Shown piece by piece: positions 37,801-46,410 of a stretch of DNA of 64,000 bases (the first letter of the stretch is position 1; each line of letters opens with the position of its first letter). Position numbers and translations under genes: made by a program. This stretch comes from Gemmatimonadota bacterium (GTDB lineage: Bacteria; Gemmatimonadota; Gemmatimonadetes; Longimicrobiales; Gaopeijiaceae). The stretch lies in assembly GCA_039589315.1 (NCBI GenBank), contig JBDHHQ010000004.1:46845-110844 (forward strand), read 5' to 3'. The notes under the pieces were generated by a model. The model did not search any database. It worked only from the letters and a program-made list of their open reading frames with translations, and was not told where the DNA came from.

Positions 37801-38014
37801 CGAATCCGGTGTCCGGCACGTAGATCTGCACGTTGCCGAGGGGGCGCCCGGTGGACTCCTCCGTGACCGTGCCCGTGATCCCGCCCGAAGATGACTGAGC
37901 AGCGAGCTCAGGCGCAGTCCCCACGGGCAAGATCCTGTGCGCGGCGGGCTCCAACGCCGTCACGGCGACAGCCAATGCGACGAGGGCAGAGATTCTGACA
38001 AACGAGCGTCTCAT
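34847..38014 (-). CDS. SusC/RagA-type TonB-dependent outer membrane receptor
   Basis: Signal peptide; N-terminal carboxypeptidase-regulatory-like domain; plug motifs IRVRG, PIIIMDGV, DDINPSDVESVQVIKGPTATALYGSEAASGVIIIETR; GNEDL, ELELG, DPE; C-terminal Phe. Confidence 0.95.
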   Translation of the reverse strand: MRRSFVRISALVALAVAVTALEPAAHRILPVGTAPELAAQSSSGGITGTVTEESTGRPLGNVQIYVPDTGFGALTTAAGRFLMLNLPAGEITLRAQIIGFGTSDQVVLVRADETVQVDFTLSRRAIDLEGVVATVDAAAASRQAVGTDFERFDAQLEMETAAVSTLSDLMSGRAGGVDIQQGTGPVGSASRIRVRGVTSLSQGANPIIIMDGVRVSNETDRGPESIDWTEGRTFSRIDDINPSDVESVQVIKGPTATALYGSEAASGVIIIETRKGRRGAHGVTASWETGFVQDNAHYWDKYYNFTKFMGITDVNSPIAQQWNATVNPVTGEVWGFHNSMTNALTSPLRTGWSNAFNLSVNGGGRDIQYFVSGRYENSDGPYPVNTLERASLRGNLTARTSDKFEVVLSTNYVESEVRVPESSRSFRGYSTNGGAGGALTSFGVKPDGTRGDCLGTLASGENQDARCEFQQGNLISNFDNLNTVLSGQELNRFIGSAVAAWTPASWFTNRFTVGIDFSQEHDTNEFPLDEDRPFGILSSGFIRDQRHTTTNKTFEYTGTILANLSSRVSSTSSFGAQYFQRRSELVGCIGEGGFASPTATACDAALIESGFSGLSDNRQAGVYGQQRFSFDDRLFFSAGIRYDDNSAFGENQSGIWSPSFNASWVASAYDFWNVSWWSSLRFRGAYGTAAQAPPQSASITRLLPVRLESGGNQITGVSAAFPGNEDLTAERKAELELGFDAGLLDERLAVKFTYFRQTTTDAILERFLAPSAGFRGQQWINVGELQNNGWEAQIGAQLVNTASFQWDLDYRHSTQNPIITSMGEFPPLLLGGNRGAFIEGFPPGSYYGPIITRAERAADGTIVEGSVVVQPGDLGLTGSQADYSFLGSPQPTNFQSLSTTFTMLQGRLTLSTLFDRKGNVSKNNGTSDFHVSFGRDFAGTREYAFRESEMTPEEQAAMEKSLVEGGIHRDFVFAEDGSFIKWREVTLTYRIPENLTRDVRTSLTVGTRNLATWTNYRGLDPEAIVLGGQTEFVANEEFYGEAVPRRFFARIQMQF

Positions 38015-38330
38015 TTAAGCACCTCCTGTAGACAAGACGGACGGGGAACGGATTCAAACCCGCAGGAACGGTCAGACCCCGAAGATCACGTCTTCGGGGC
38101 GGAACATCCCCGGTCGCCAAAACAGCTGGCGAGCATTCGAGGGAAAGGGCTCCGGTCTCGGATGCCGTGAACCGAATGGAGCCCGCGCCAACCGAGCGAC
38201 GCGGACGGACGGCGCCCATCGCTGCGCAGTAGTGCCGGTCACCGGGCCAACTCCATGCATGACGGTCCGTTTGGGTCGTGCCGCCGGATCCGCTTCAGGC
38301 GAGCACAGTCAACTGGCCCAGCCTACGGAA

Positions 38331-38379
38331 CATTGTTGAGTTGTTCAAACGTTCTACGTCGTCCGCTCCTCGGTGTCAA
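38331..38379 (-). promoter_or_regulatory. Sigma70-type promoter of the susC operon with adjacent putative operator
   Basis: TTGACA (38379-38374), 17-nt spacer, TAGAAC (38356-38351), followed directly by GTTTGAACAACTCAACAATG. Confidence 0.6.
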
Positions 38380-38593
38380 GTGGCTTGGGGTCTAGAGGCC
38401 ACGGAGCGGTCTCACTGCGAGGGTCGCTTACGCAAGGCAGTCGAGGACGCGCGGCAGCCCGGAGGGCTGGGGAGTGGCAGGCATTGCGCACATGCCCGCG
38501 CGCGAGCCGGGCCCGCGCGCGCGCCGCTTGCCTCCGGTGAGGGGCGCGGCGACCCTGAGCATTGATACGACGGGGAAGTTGTGTATGGGGGCT

Positions 38594-39292
38594 TCAGGAG
38601 CCAGAGGCGAAATCAAGGCTCGGAGAGCTGGCGATGGCGTCCATGACCCTGGATTCGCCCTGCTCGAGGTGATCGAGGATCTCCTCGGCGCATTGCTCCA
38701 CGCGCCCCTTCTCGAGCAGATCCACGACCACCCCGTGCCGCGCCATCTGTCGGGCCGTAGCGGCGGCGCTCACCTGCCGGTCGATGAGAATCAGAGCCAG
38801 GCGCAGCTCTGCCGTCACGGTTCGGAAGAGGCCGTCGATCCGCTCGCTTCCGTGTTGGCTCACCAGCCTGCGGTGAAACCGCATGTCCAGCTCGACGGCG
38901 AGAGGCCAGTCTTCATCGTCGACGGCTCGGTTTACCGCCTCCACGAGCTCCCTCAACTCCCTCACGTCTTCAGCAGGTAGATCGAGAGCCTTCCTCACTG
39001 CCGTGGGTTCGAGCAGCTTTCTGACGAGGAAGATGTCGCTGACGTCCTGCCGCCCGAGTGACATGACCGAGGCCCCTCGATGCGGGGTATGCTTCACCAG
39101 CCCCTCGTGGACGAGAGACCGGATCGCCTCCCGCAAGGTGTTGCGAGAGATGCCGAGCGCCTCGGCCACGGAAACCTCCTGCAACGCCGTCCCGGGCGGC
39201 AGTTCTCCGCCGAGTATCCGCTCTCGCAGGGCGGCAGCGGCCTGGTCGGCGGTGCTCGTTCGATCGATCTGAAAGCCCTCTCGCACTACCAC
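38594..39292 (-). CDS. GntR family (FadR/FCD-type) transcriptional regulator
   Basis: LRERILGGELPPG, wHTH LGISRNTLREAI..L..EGLV..PHRG, R.LLE, D..FH, H, HL of the FCD domain. Confidence 0.93.
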   Translation of the reverse strand: MVVREGFQIDRTSTADQAAAALRERILGGELPPGTALQEVSVAEALGISRNTLREAIRSLVHEGLVKHTPHRGASVMSLGRQDVSDIFLVRKLLEPTAVRKALDLPAEDVRELRELVEAVNRAVDDEDWPLAVELDMRFHRRLVSQHGSERIDGLFRTVTAELRLALILIDRQVSAAATARQMARHGVVVDLLEKGRVEQCAEEILDHLEQGESRVMDAIASSPSLDFASGS

Positions 39293-39390
39293 GCTTGGGC
39301 TCCTCCCTGTTGGCGAATCGCCCTGACACTCGCTCCATGGAACACTCCTTCACGCGCCGACCTTTGCCGGCGGCCCGGGGGTGACCATAG

Positions 39391-39416
39391 GTTGTTCGGC
39401 GTTGTTGAACAATCTA
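39391..39416 (-). promoter_or_regulatory. Putative GntR operator (perfect palindrome TTGTT-G-AACAA) overlapping the gntR -10 element
   Basis: Palindrome at 39402-39412; minus-strand TAGATT at 39416-39411; extra AACAA half-site at 39392-39396. Confidence 0.55.
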
Positions 39417-39585
39417 ACGCGTTGGAGACTGACGTCGACCCCGTGCAGGGATGTTGTAGGCAGGAACTCCGATCCCGGGGCATTGTCGAGCGAAGGGAGA
39501 CAGCTCAAACTCGAGTGCAGGCAGTCCGGTGGGGAATCGGCGACGGCGAGCCTGCGGGATCGCCCTCGCACCCCGCCCCCGCTCG

Positions 39586-39996
39586 CTACCTTCGGGTGAT
39601 CACCTGGATGATCCCACCGAGGTACCCCTGCCCGTGGAGAAGCGTCGCCTCGGAGGAGCCGATGAAGCGAATCTCTTCGATCACGTTGGCCGAGATCGCG
39701 TAGAGCGCTTGGAGCTCTCCACGTTCGAGGCCGTCGACGAATACCTTCGGCAGTACAGGCGTGGGATCGGTGGCGGACGTGGGACCGCGCGACACCAGCC
39801 AGTCGCGGCGCAGGCGTTCAACGGCCTCATACGCGGAATCGGACGCCGAGCCTTCGATCTCGGCCCGGGTGATGACGTCGCTCGACCGGGCGCCCGCACC
39901 GCCGCCGCCCGGCGCGGTGCCGCAGCCAGACAGCCCGACCGTGGCCACCAGGGCGAGGACGAATCGAAGAGGTGACGCACGAATATGGATACGCAG
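39586..39996 (-). CDS. Small lipoprotein consisting of a TonB-receptor plug-like domain
   Basis: Lipobox LSGC; VITRAEI, AYEAVERLR..WL, VFVDG, IEEIRF...EA...G....GGIIQVITR. Start codon unclear. Confidence 0.7.
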   Translation of the reverse strand: MRIHIRASPLRFVLALVATVGLSGCGTAPGGGGAGARSSDVITRAEIEGSASDSAYEAVERLRRDWLVSRGPTSATDPTPVLPKVFVDGLERGELQALYAISANVIEEIRFIGSSEATLLHGQGYLGGIIQVITRR

Positions 39997-40016
39997 CTCC
40001 CAAAGGAGACATCCCA

Positions 40017-41990
40017 ATGATTCTCGGCTCGACCGCCCTCCGTCAAGGACCGCCAGACGATCCGCGTACGCCGCGACGGGACGTGCGCGCCCGGCGGCTC
40101 CTCGGCACTGCCGTGATTCTGCTGCTCTTGCCTCTGGAGAACGCGGCTGCGCAGAGCCGGGCCGTGACGCTGGAGGCGATGGTCTCCGACGTCCGCGTGG
40201 CGTCGCCGGCCGTGTCACCCGACGGACAGACCATCCTGATCGTCTCCGACCGGTCCGGGCGCGCAAAGGTCTGGGCCATGGACCGGGCCGGGGGCGACGC
40301 GCGATTGCTGGTGGACGACGAAGGAGCGGAATCCGGTCCCGCCTGGTCGGCTGACGGAAGGTCGATCGCTTTCGTCCGATTCGTGGATGGTGCCAGCGAC
40401 ATCTGGATCGTTGCCCCCGACGGCACGGGGCTCAGGCGGGTCACGTCCGACCCCGACGACGAACGCGGCCTCGCGTGGTCTCCAGACGGCCGCCGCATCG
40501 CCTTCCTTTCGGCCCGCTCGGGGCATCAAGACGTCTACGTGGTCGACGTGTCCTCCGGCGAGCCCACCCGCCTCACCGAGGGCGCCATGCCGTGGGACGA
40601 GCCTCGGTTCGGTGTCGCATGGTCGCCGGACGGCACTCGGCTGGCGTACGTCTCCAACGAAAGCGACGAGTGGGCCGACGACGTCTGGTGGGTCGACGTG
40701 AACACGCGGGCCAGGGAGAAGCTCACGTCCGGTCTGCACGTGATGACCTCTCCCGTCTGGTCTCCCGACGGCCAGAGTATCGCCTTCAACGCCGTCCGGA
40801 CGGAGGAGTTCTGGTACGGCGATCTGTCCGACATCTATCTGCTGGACGCGGCATCCGGAACCACGCGGAAGGTCTCCATGAACACGCACGTCTCCGACGG
40901 AAACGGGGGCGTCCGGCTCGCGTGGCACCCGGACGGACAGACGATCTACTTCCGCTACCTGTGGCAGGGAGACGCCAACCTCTGGGCGGTGGACACCGCC
41001 GGTGGGGTGGCCACGCAGATGACGTACGAGCGCGGCAGCTTTCGGAACTTCTCGGTGGCGGGCGACGGCTCGAGCGTCGTCTACGTCCGCTCCACACCCA
41101 CCCGGGGCGGCGAGCTGCACCGTCTGGACCTGGAGGGAGGGGTGCCGGTCCGGCTCACGGACTGGACCACCCAACGGAGCGACCTCGAGGCGCCGGAGCG
41201 GCTGGCTTTCCGGAGCACCGATGGCAAGTACGTGCTGGGATACCTGTTCCGCCCACCGGCCTTCGACCCGTCGAGCAGTTACCCGGCTCTCGTGCAGGTT
41301 CACGGCGGAGGCAACAACGCGTACGGCAATGGATTCCACCCGTTGGAGCACCTTCTGGCCAACGAGGGCTTCGTAGTGTTGGCCATCGAATACCGGGGCA
41401 GCGCCGGACATGGTCGGGAGTTCCAGGACCTGGCGCTGGGAGACTGGGCGGCAGGCCAGGGCTGGGACGCCGTGGCCGCGGCCCGGTGGCTCGAGGGGCA
41501 ACCGTGGTCCAACGGCAAGGTCGGGATCTATGGGGGCAGCTACGGCGGAATCATGACCCTGGCCGCCCTGACTCGGGATTCGCAGCCCTTCGACGCGGCG
41601 GCCCCGTTCCGGGGGATCTACGACTGGGAGGATGCGTTCGAGCACGGCGACCGTCTCATGCGGTTCTGGATCATCGAGGGGCACTTCGGCTTCAGGCCAG
41701 GCGAGCGCCCCGAGCTGTTCGAGCACACGGCGTCGATTCGGCACCTCGACGAGATCCGCACGGACCTGCCCTTCCTGATCGCGCACGGCGAGCGGGACCG
41801 TCGGGCTCCCTACCAGCAGTCGGTTCGTCTCGTCGAAGCCCTTAGAGCGCGAGGCAACCCGGTGGAGTTCCGCTCGTACCCGAACGACGGCCACGGGCTC
41901 AGCCGCGAGAGCCGTCGGGACGCCTGGGGCCGGATTCTGGAGTTCTTCCACGAGACCTTGGACCAGGCCGACCCGATGACTTCGCCATGA
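40017..41990 (+). CDS. S9 family (prolyl oligopeptidase/acylaminoacyl peptidase-like) exported peptidase with PD40 propeller
   Basis: SD AAGGAG; signal peptide; WSPDG repeats; VHGG, YRGSAG, GGSYGG nucleophile, HGERD, DGH. Confidence 0.92.
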   Translation: MILGSTALRQGPPDDPRTPRRDVRARRLLGTAVILLLLPLENAAAQSRAVTLEAMVSDVRVASPAVSPDGQTILIVSDRSGRAKVWAMDRAGGDARLLVDDEGAESGPAWSADGRSIAFVRFVDGASDIWIVAPDGTGLRRVTSDPDDERGLAWSPDGRRIAFLSARSGHQDVYVVDVSSGEPTRLTEGAMPWDEPRFGVAWSPDGTRLAYVSNESDEWADDVWWVDVNTRAREKLTSGLHVMTSPVWSPDGQSIAFNAVRTEEFWYGDLSDIYLLDAASGTTRKVSMNTHVSDGNGGVRLAWHPDGQTIYFRYLWQGDANLWAVDTAGGVATQMTYERGSFRNFSVAGDGSSVVYVRSTPTRGGELHRLDLEGGVPVRLTDWTTQRSDLEAPERLAFRSTDGKYVLGYLFRPPAFDPSSSYPALVQVHGGGNNAYGNGFHPLEHLLANEGFVVLAIEYRGSAGHGREFQDLALGDWAAGQGWDAVAAARWLEGQPWSNGKVGIYGGSYGGIMTLAALTRDSQPFDAAAPFRGIYDWEDAFEHGDRLMRFWIIEGHFGFRPGERPELFEHTASIRHLDEIRTDLPFLIAHGERDRRAPYQQSVRLVEALRARGNPVEFRSYPNDGHGLSRESRRDAWGRILEFFHETLDQADPMTSP

Positions 41991-42565
41991 CGGAAAGCGA
42001 TCGCCGTACGTTTCTGAAGCAGTCGGCCACCGCCGTGGCGGCGCTGGCCGTAACCCGGTGCCTCCCCGGGGAAGCTGGTCGGGCGTTGGACGACAGTACG
42101 TTGCACGCCGTGGCGGAGGCGGTGCTCCCGTCGGAGCTCGGGCCCGACCGTACCTCGCGCGTGGTGGCGGAGTTCGGCAGGTGGCTCAGCGAGTTCGAGC
42201 CCGAAGCCGAGCTCGATCATGGCTACATCTCCTCGGAAATCACCTACGCGCCACCCGATCCCACGCCGCTCTGGGCCGACCAGCTCGGCGCGCTCGAGCG
42301 GGCGGCGCAGGGCGAGCACGGCGCGCCCTTCAGCGAGCTCGAGGTCTCCGCGCGCCAGGCGATCCTGCGGCAACGCATCGCGGGAGAGCAGCCGGCGACG
42401 CTCGGCCCGGCGATCCAAGCGGACCACGTCGCAGTGGCGGTAATGGCGTTCTTCTACGCGACTCCGGAGGCCGTCGACGTCTGCTACCGGGCCGGCATCG
42501 GCGAGCGAACTTGCCGTCCGCTCGACGCGGCCACCGAGGCTCCAGCTCCCGGGCAGGGCGTGTAG
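41987..42565 (+). CDS. Tat-signal small subunit (gluconate 2-dehydrogenase subunit 3-like) partnering the GMC oxidoreductase
   Basis: DRRTFLKQ Tat motif; TLHAVAEAVLP, G.PF..L, FFYATPE; coupled to the GMC gene. Confidence 0.75.
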   Translation: MTESDRRTFLKQSATAVAALAVTRCLPGEAGRALDDSTLHAVAEAVLPSELGPDRTSRVVAEFGRWLSEFEPEAELDHGYISSEITYAPPDPTPLWADQLGALERAAQGEHGAPFSELEVSARQAILRQRIAGEQPATLGPAIQADHVAVAVMAFFYATPEAVDVCYRAGIGERTCRPLDAATEAPAPGQGV

Positions 42566-44169
42566 TGGCCATCGCCAGGGTCGTGGAGAGCGACGTCTGT
42601 GTCATCGGCGCGGGCATCACGGCGGCCATGGTGGCCGAGAAGCTGGCCGACGAGCGAGACGCCCGGATCGTTGTCGTGGAAGCGGGTGGCTGGACGACGC
42701 CGTTGGGCCAAAGACAAGCGCGGCGGCAGCGCTTCCTCGCATACGGCGAGAACCCGTGGACCGACGATCACCTGCCCGGCCAGAGCGCCCGGGGCATCAT
42801 CTCGCGGTCCATGGTCGTGGGCGGTTGGTCCATGCATTGGGGGGGCGCCAGCCCTCGCTACACGTCCGAGGACTTCGGCATACGGTCGCTCTACGGCGTG
42901 GGAGACGACTGGCCCATCAGCTACGAGGAGCTCGAGCCCTATTACCAGGACGCCGAAGAGCGTATCGGCATCGCCGGGGAGCCGGGCCCCCCGGAGCTCG
43001 ACGTGCGATCGAAGCCGTACCCCATGCCGCCTCTGCCCATGTCGTACAACCTCCAGCGACTCAAGGAATGGGGCGAGAGCACCGGTGTGCCCTTCTGGAC
43101 CGCGCCGGCGGCCAAAACAACGGTGCCGTATCGCGGACGGCAGGTCTGTGCCCGTTGCGATACCTGCCATATCTGTCCCACAGGCGCCAAGTATACGCCG
43201 GACTTCACGTTCCAGCGTTTGATCGAGACGGGCCGGATCGAGCTTCTCCCCCGGACGCTGGTCCGCCGTCTGGAGCTCGAGGACGGCTCGACGAGGATCG
43301 ATCGCGCCGTGGCATTGGACCGGGACCGACCCGACGAGCCGGTGGAGCTCCGGGCGCGGACGTTCGTCCTCGCCTGCGGCTACATGTGGATCCCGCACCT
43401 GCTGCTGCTTTCGGCCAACTCGCGCTACCCAGCTGGCCTCGCCAACAGCTCCGGACTCGTGGGGAAGTACATGAACGGACACCGGGCGCTGGAGGGCTAC
43501 ATCGAGCTGCCCATGCGACTCTACCCGGGGATCTTCAGGACCCAAAGCCTGATCACCCGCGAGTACGAGCGCACGCGCTCCATGGACCGCTACGTGCGGC
43601 ACGACCTGCGCATCTCGGCGTCGAGTGACGGCAGGGAGCCGAGGGTGCGGAACGCCGCCGGAGAGATGTTGCTCGGGGACGAGGTCATGGACGACTGGCG
43701 GGCGCGCACGCAGGATCGCGCCACGGCCTACGTTCGTGCGATCTACGACGTCCTGCCCGATCGCGACAGCGCCGTGACGCTGGAAGCCTCGCGTGAGAAC
43801 CGGTGGGGGGATCCCCTGCCCAGGATCGACTTCAGGGACAGCGTGGAATCGACGGCCGTTCGCGACCACACCGAGCAACGGATCCGCGCGCTGTTCGAGG
43901 AGATGGCCCGTGCCGGTGACGGGCGCGTTCTGCGGACCGGTCTCATTCCGGGCCAGCACCATCCGGGCGGCGGCTGTCGCATGGGCACCGATGCGGGCAC
44001 CAGCGTTACCGATTCCTACGGTCGCACCCACGATCACGAGAACCTCTTCGTCGTGGGAGGCGCCACGGCCGTCACCTCGGGCTGCACCAACAGCACGCTC
44101 ACCTTCGCCGCTCTGTCGCTGCGATCGGCGGAGGAGATCGCCCGCGAACTCCCGGCTCGGACAGGATAG
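42565..44169 (+). CDS. GMC family FAD-dependent oxidoreductase
   Basis: GTG 42565; VIGAG..A, VVEAG, VGG.S.HW, DWPISYEELEPYY, Cys cluster CARCDTCHICP, LANSSG.VG, H..G.CRMG, HENLFV. Confidence 0.92.
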   Translation: MAIARVVESDVCVIGAGITAAMVAEKLADERDARIVVVEAGGWTTPLGQRQARRQRFLAYGENPWTDDHLPGQSARGIISRSMVVGGWSMHWGGASPRYTSEDFGIRSLYGVGDDWPISYEELEPYYQDAEERIGIAGEPGPPELDVRSKPYPMPPLPMSYNLQRLKEWGESTGVPFWTAPAAKTTVPYRGRQVCARCDTCHICPTGAKYTPDFTFQRLIETGRIELLPRTLVRRLELEDGSTRIDRAVALDRDRPDEPVELRARTFVLACGYMWIPHLLLLSANSRYPAGLANSSGLVGKYMNGHRALEGYIELPMRLYPGIFRTQSLITREYERTRSMDRYVRHDLRISASSDGREPRVRNAAGEMLLGDEVMDDWRARTQDRATAYVRAIYDVLPDRDSAVTLEASRENRWGDPLPRIDFRDSVESTAVRDHTEQRIRALFEEMARAGDGRVLRTGLIPGQHHPGGGCRMGTDAGTSVTDSYGRTHDHENLFVVGGATAVTSGCTNSTLTFAALSLRSAEEIARELPARTG

Positions 44170-44178
44170 GCGCGCAGG

Positions 44179-46410
44179 ATGTTCCGCGTGGCCCTGCTGG
44201 GCACCGGACTGGCGTTGTGGCTGGGGAGCGTTCCCGACGCCGCAGCGCAGGACAGACCTACGCCTCCGCTCCCCATTGCACGCTTGTCCGGGCCCGTCGA
44301 CCTGGACGGGCGAATCGACGAGCCCGCTTGGGAAGGCGTCACGCCCCTGCCCATGGTCCAGTACCTGCCGACCTTCGGCGAGACGCCGACCGAGAGATCG
44401 GAAGTCCTGGTCGCGTACGACAGCGACTTCGTGTACCTGGCCGCGCGCCTTTATGACTCGGATCCCGCCGGCATCCTGCCCGGCGCCTTCCAGCGAGACC
44501 GGCTCGGGCTCGCCAACGACTGGATCGGACTCTCCCTGGACACGTTCAACGACAACGAGAATATGCTGCTCTTCGCGACTTCCCCCTCGGGAATCCGCAC
44601 GGACGTGGCGTTCTCGAACGACACGGAGGGACCGTTTCCGCTCAACAGCAGTTGGAACACGTTCTGGGACGTGGCCACGAGTCGCACGGAGGACGGATGG
44701 TTCGCGGAGCTTCGCATTCCTTTCTCGAGCCTGCGCTTTCAGGACGACGGCGGCGAGGTCGTGATGGGCATGACCGTCTGGCGTTGGATCGCGCGCAAAC
44801 AGGAGGCCTCGCTGTTTCCCGCCATCCCCCCCCGGTGGCGGTGGGCCCACTACAAGCCTTCACAAGCCAGGGACGTCACGTTCCGGGGCGTGCAACGGAA
44901 GAAACCCGTCCACGTGTCCCCCTACGCCCTGCTGGGGATGCAGGAGGGCAAGCTCGGAGTGATCGACAGCGACGGTACGCCAGCATTCAGAGACTTCCGT
45001 GAGCCGGTGACCGAGGCCGGGCTGGATTTGAAGTACGGCGTGACCGACAACCTGACCTTCGACCTGACGATCAACACCGATTTCGCACAGGTCGAGGCCG
45101 ACGACCAGCGCGTGAACTTCAACCGGTTCTCGCTGTTCTTCCCCGAGAAGCGGCTGTTCTTCCAGGAGCGGGCGAGCGCGTTCGAATTCAACACCGGAGG
45201 CCCGGACCGGGTGTTTCACAGCCGCCGGATCGGTCTCGCGAATGGCCTACCGGTTCGCATATACGGCGGCGCCCGCCTCGTCGGTCGGACGGGGGGCTGG
45301 GAGCTGGGAATGCTGAACATGCAGACGGCACCCACCGACCTGCAGCGGTCAGAGAACATGGGCGTTTACCGGTTGCGCCGGTATTTCCTCAACGAGAACA
45401 CCTACGCCGGCGGCATCGTCACGAGCCGGATCGATTCCCACGGGAACTACAACGCCTCCGTGGGATTGGACGCGTTGCTCCGTGTCGCCAGCGACGACTA
45501 CCTGGCAGTGAACTGGGTGCAGACGTTCGACAGCGACCGGCCGACCGGGCTCGCGCCCGCGGATGGCGCTCTGGCCCGCCTGCAATGGGAACGCCGCGGC
45601 ATCGAGGGCCTCCTCTACAACGTGGACCTCAGCCGGATCGGTGGCGTTTACAATCCGGGCCTCGGCTTCGTTCGTCGGGTCAACGTAATCCGCATCGGCG
45701 ACCGCATCGCCTACGCCTGGAGGCCCGGAGAGTCCTCGCCGGTGTTGAGGCATACCGCGGGGGTTTCCGGCAGCGTGCACCTCCGCAACAACGACGGCTC
45801 CCTGGAGTCGGCCGAGGTGGGACCCGAGTGGGAGACCACGACCAAGTCCGGCTACGTCGTCGGCTTGAGGCCCCGCCTGTTCGAGGAGGACTTGCTTCGG
45901 CCCTTCACCGTCGCCCCCGAAGTCGTCGTCCCGGACGGACGATACACGTTCGGCAACGTATCGGCCGAGTTCCGGACCCCGTCCGGCAGGCCTCGCCGAA
46001 TCACGGTGGGACTCGGCGCAGGCTCGTATTTCGACGGCACCCGGGCGTCCTTCTTCGTACGGCCCTTCCTGGACGTGTCGAGGCACCTCGAGCTGAGCCT
46101 CGACTACGAGCTCGACCGCATCCGCTTCGATGACCGGGCCCAGGCACTCGACGCCCACATCGCCCGCTTTCGGACCCGCGTCTACCTGAGCACGGCGCTG
46201 TCGGGCTCGGCTTTCGTCCAGTACAACAGCGCGTTCGACGCGTTCGTCACGAACCTTCGTATCCGTTTCAATCCCCGGGAGGGGCAGGACCTCTACCTCG
46301 TGTGGAACGAGGAGACCAACACGGGCGCCTTTCCGCCCGTCCCAGGAGGCTTCCCTGGTGGCCGCACGCTCGTCATCAAGTACCGGCACACGCTCCCGTT
46401 GGAGTTCTGA
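44179..46410 (+). CDS. DUF5916 / CBM9-like probable outer-membrane protein
   Basis: LDGRIDEPAW, LDTFND, ELRIPFSSLRF, NTDFAQVEAD, FSLFFPEKRLFFQE, HSRRIG; C-terminal Phe. Confidence 0.85.
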   Translation: MFRVALLGTGLALWLGSVPDAAAQDRPTPPLPIARLSGPVDLDGRIDEPAWEGVTPLPMVQYLPTFGETPTERSEVLVAYDSDFVYLAARLYDSDPAGILPGAFQRDRLGLANDWIGLSLDTFNDNENMLLFATSPSGIRTDVAFSNDTEGPFPLNSSWNTFWDVATSRTEDGWFAELRIPFSSLRFQDDGGEVVMGMTVWRWIARKQEASLFPAIPPRWRWAHYKPSQARDVTFRGVQRKKPVHVSPYALLGMQEGKLGVIDSDGTPAFRDFREPVTEAGLDLKYGVTDNLTFDLTINTDFAQVEADDQRVNFNRFSLFFPEKRLFFQERASAFEFNTGGPDRVFHSRRIGLANGLPVRIYGGARLVGRTGGWELGMLNMQTAPTDLQRSENMGVYRLRRYFLNENTYAGGIVTSRIDSHGNYNASVGLDALLRVASDDYLAVNWVQTFDSDRPTGLAPADGALARLQWERRGIEGLLYNVDLSRIGGVYNPGLGFVRRVNVIRIGDRIAYAWRPGESSPVLRHTAGVSGSVHLRNNDGSLESAEVGPEWETTTKSGYVVGLRPRLFEEDLLRPFTVAPEVVVPDGRYTFGNVSAEFRTPSGRPRRITVGLGAGSYFDGTRASFFVRPFLDVSRHLELSLDYELDRIRFDDRAQALDAHIARFRTRVYLSTALSGSAFVQYNSAFDAFVTNLRIRFNPREGQDLYLVWNEETNTGAFPPVPGGFPGGRTLVIKYRHTLPLEF

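Noticed and set aside
42484..44850. Very long antisense or alternate-frame ORFs (e.g. 42484-44850 -, 53869-55749 -, 32946-34724 +, 49436-51196 +, 52800-54575 +, 57305-59026 +)
   Set aside because: They lie opposite well-supported genes, show no family motifs, and are expected shadows of GC-rich codon usage.
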